From IMG/VR virus record IMGVR_UViG_3300046169_000103, positions 1,924 to 65,923 of that record: a DNA stretch of 64,000 nt; one strand, 5' to 3'. Position 1 is the first letter of the stretch, and every line of letters starts with the position of its first letter. The translations under genes were made by a program, and so were the position numbers. The notes beneath the pieces are model-generated. The model worked only from the letters and a program-made list of their open reading frames with translations, was not told the DNA's origin and made no database searches. Of this stretch, positions 62,498-64,000 are shown in pieces. This stretch comes from a virus. Its lineage: Duplodnaviria > Caudoviricetes.

Positions 62498-63197
62498 TTT
62501 CTGCCTCCGCTTTAAGTTTCTGTAAGTTCTTGAGTGGCTGGAAGCCTGCTTTCTTCTTGGACTTAGATTGCTCCTCGTTATGCATCTTTAGCATTATATT
62601 AATACCAGAAAGCGAACGATCATACCCCTTGCCAATTTCAGATGATATTTGAGCCAAGCACTTAATGTATTGAATCTTCATCTCAGGATCCATCTCCGAC
62701 TCATCTAAGTCTTTCTTTAAGTCCTGTGATACCTCAAATAACTGCATATTCTGTTGAATATTCAGACTTAAATACCCCTTGAGTGCTTCTACCATTAGGA
62801 GTCCTGTATGCTTCTCGAACTTCTCGAAAGCCCTTATTGAGGTAATAGTCTCATCCGTGAGCCCTAACTTCTTCAATCCTTTCAGGTACTCCCCTTGGGG
62901 TTTTATAGCCGCCACAACCTCGGACTCTGTCGGTTGATCCTCTTGCCTAGTAAGTAGCTCAACGGGTTGAGGTGTTACACCGCCAACCTTACTGGGAGTA
63001 TACAACGCACTCAATTTATCTGATTTTCCGATAATCCGATTTAAGTGGTTGGGGGTGACACCCAGAATTTCAGCTGCTTTAGGTTTAGACTGGTTGGCTT
63101 TCTTCATGGCTGCTCCAACCTCCTCATCGCTTATTGCTTTTTCTCTTGGCATTTCTCTTTGTAAAGCTTGATCAGTGGAAGGAATGTACTCTCCCAA
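62487..63197 (-). CDS. HTH-containing protein, candidate terminase small subunit
   Basis: Fis-like KAAEILGVTPNHL; upstream of terL. Confidence 0.5.
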   Translation of the reverse strand: MGEYIPSTDQALQREMPREKAISDEEVGAAMKKANQSKPKAAEILGVTPNHLNRIIGKSDKLSALYTPSKVGGVTPQPVELLTRQEDQPTESEVVAAIKPQGEYLKGLKKLGLTDETITSIRAFEKFEKHTGLLMVEALKGYLSLNIQQNMQLFEVSQDLKKDLDESEMDPEMKIQYIKCLAQISSEIGKGYDRSLSGINIMLKMHNEEQSKSKKKAGFQPLKNLQKLKAEAENES

Positions 63198-63505
63198 TGA
63201 GGGTGATTCTGTAGAAATGTAAACTGAGGGTTAGAGCGCATGTATGCTCCTGCCCTGTTCCTATCATCTGCGGACAAAGGATCAAACCTGCACCCCCTGC
63301 AGAACTTTTGGGCTATTCCTATTGAAATGCTATCCCACGACAATGAGTTGGATATCGCCCTAACTTCTAGGGTTGTCAGGCCTTCACTTTGTATAGCTAC
63401 TTCCTGATCGGATAACGCCCTAACTGCTTTACCTCTTGCCTTTTGTCTAGCCAAACACCTCACCAATGGTGGTGGAAATTGTTCAAGTTTGTCCCATATC
63501 TTCAT
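63131..63505 (-). CDS. Hypothetical protein
   Basis: ORF track. Confidence 0.55.
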   Translation of the reverse strand: MKIWDKLEQFPPPLVRCLARQKARGKAVRALSDQEVAIQSEGLTTLEVRAISNSLSWDSISIGIAQKFCRGCRFDPLSADDRNRAGAYMRSNPQFTFLQNHPHWESTFLPLIKLYKEKCQEKKQ

Positions 63506-63695
63506 TTTTCTTATACGCCCAATCCATTACTAGTTTATAGATTCCCTTCATTTCTTTGTTCCCTGGCGTTACAGAAGCTACGACCATGCGTTGCTTCTTT
63601 CCCGCTTTCTTTCCTAGGATTATGTACTCATCGAAGAATTCACTCAATGTGCCATCTACTGCTTCTTGCAGGACTTCACTATCGTTCTTTTCCAT
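63483..63695 (-). CDS. Hypothetical protein, first gene of - strand arm
   Basis: ORF track. Confidence 0.55.
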   Translation of the reverse strand: MEKNDSEVLQEAVDGTLSEFFDEYIILGKKAGKKQRMVVASVTPGNKEMKGIYKLVMDWAYKKNEDMGQT

Positions 63696-63794
63696 ATTAA
63701 AACCTAAAACAATTTCTAAAAATATTGCAAGTCTTTGTCACGAATTGTCACGAATAGCCCGCAATCCCACTGTTTATAGTGTATAGTATATTGT

Positions 63795-63839
63795 CTGAAA
63801 ATCCTTGTGTCCCCGGTTCGATTCCGGGTTTCGCCACCA
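63795..63839 (+). other. attP core: 3' half of tRNA-Phe(GAA)
   Basis: CTGAAAATCCTTGTGTCCCCGGTTCGATTCCGGGTTTCGCCACCA: anticodon loop, T arm, CCA; no 5' half upstream. Confidence 0.88.
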
Positions 63840-63848
63840 CCGAAGAAT

Positions 63849-63891
63849 ACACCTCAGACCACTAAGTATCAGTAGTCTGGGGTGTTTTTTT
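63849..63891 (+). terminator. Rho-independent terminator after tRNA fragment
   Basis: ACACCTCAGACCACT / AGTAGTCTGGGGTGT stem followed by a T run. Confidence 0.8.
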
Positions 63892-64000
63892 GTGTTGACT
63901 AGTGTATGCTAATTATTCGTAAGATTTGTCACGGAGTTGTCACGGGGACTGCTTTTTGGAATAAATTGTCACGAATTTGTCACGGAAAATTACATGAAAC

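Larger units (their letters stand above)
63735..63986 (+). repeat. Six TTGTCACGRR direct repeats in three tandem pairs (integrase arm-type sites)
   Basis: 63735, 63745; 63926, 63937; 63966, 63977. Confidence 0.85.
1..64000. mobile_element. Temperate tailed phage genome (podovirus-like architecture), probably the non-integrated form
   Basis: Terminase-portal-scaffold-capsid-tail order, no tape measure gene, ejection-type proteins, tyrosine integrase, att site with arm repeats on both sides, no host housekeeping genes. Confidence 0.9.

Noticed and set aside
63760-63839. Complete phage-encoded tRNA-Phe gene
   Set aside because: No 5' acceptor strand or D arm upstream of the anticodon loop; only the 3' half is present
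63735-63986. CRISPR mini-array
   Set aside because: Repeats are 10 bp, in tandem pairs, with irregular spacing and no cas genes

Overview
The window looks like most of a temperate, podovirus-like dsDNA phage genome. A + strand arm (1-17971) of small early genes carries a DNA modification/repair set (Ogg2-like HhH glycosylase, broken nucleotidyltransferase/ligase, C5 methyltransferase, GP88-like protein, AAA+ ATPase, ParB-like protein, DpdA/TGT-like transglycosylase, SNF2 helicase) and ends in a tyrosine integrase. A converging - strand arm (63695-17968) carries terminase, portal, scaffold, capsid, about 19 kb of modular tail/fibre genes, ejection proteins and a frameshift-split ~3,970-aa polyvalent protein with ART and HExxH domains. 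At the right end is an attP-like site (3' half of tRNA-Phe, a terminator and six arm-type repeats), far from the integrase. The strongest leads are: (1) an orphan DpdA with GP88 and ParB but no preQ0 synthesis genes; (2) a 20-bp TGACCTAA-N4-TTAGGTCA element in front of eight genes on both arms; (3) the giant injected ART/protease protein; (4) a tail-fibre network built from shared peptide modules; (5) a candidate pseudoknotted ncRNA. Several frameshifts probably reflect sequencing indels. All protein family calls come from motif recognition by eye, not database searches.
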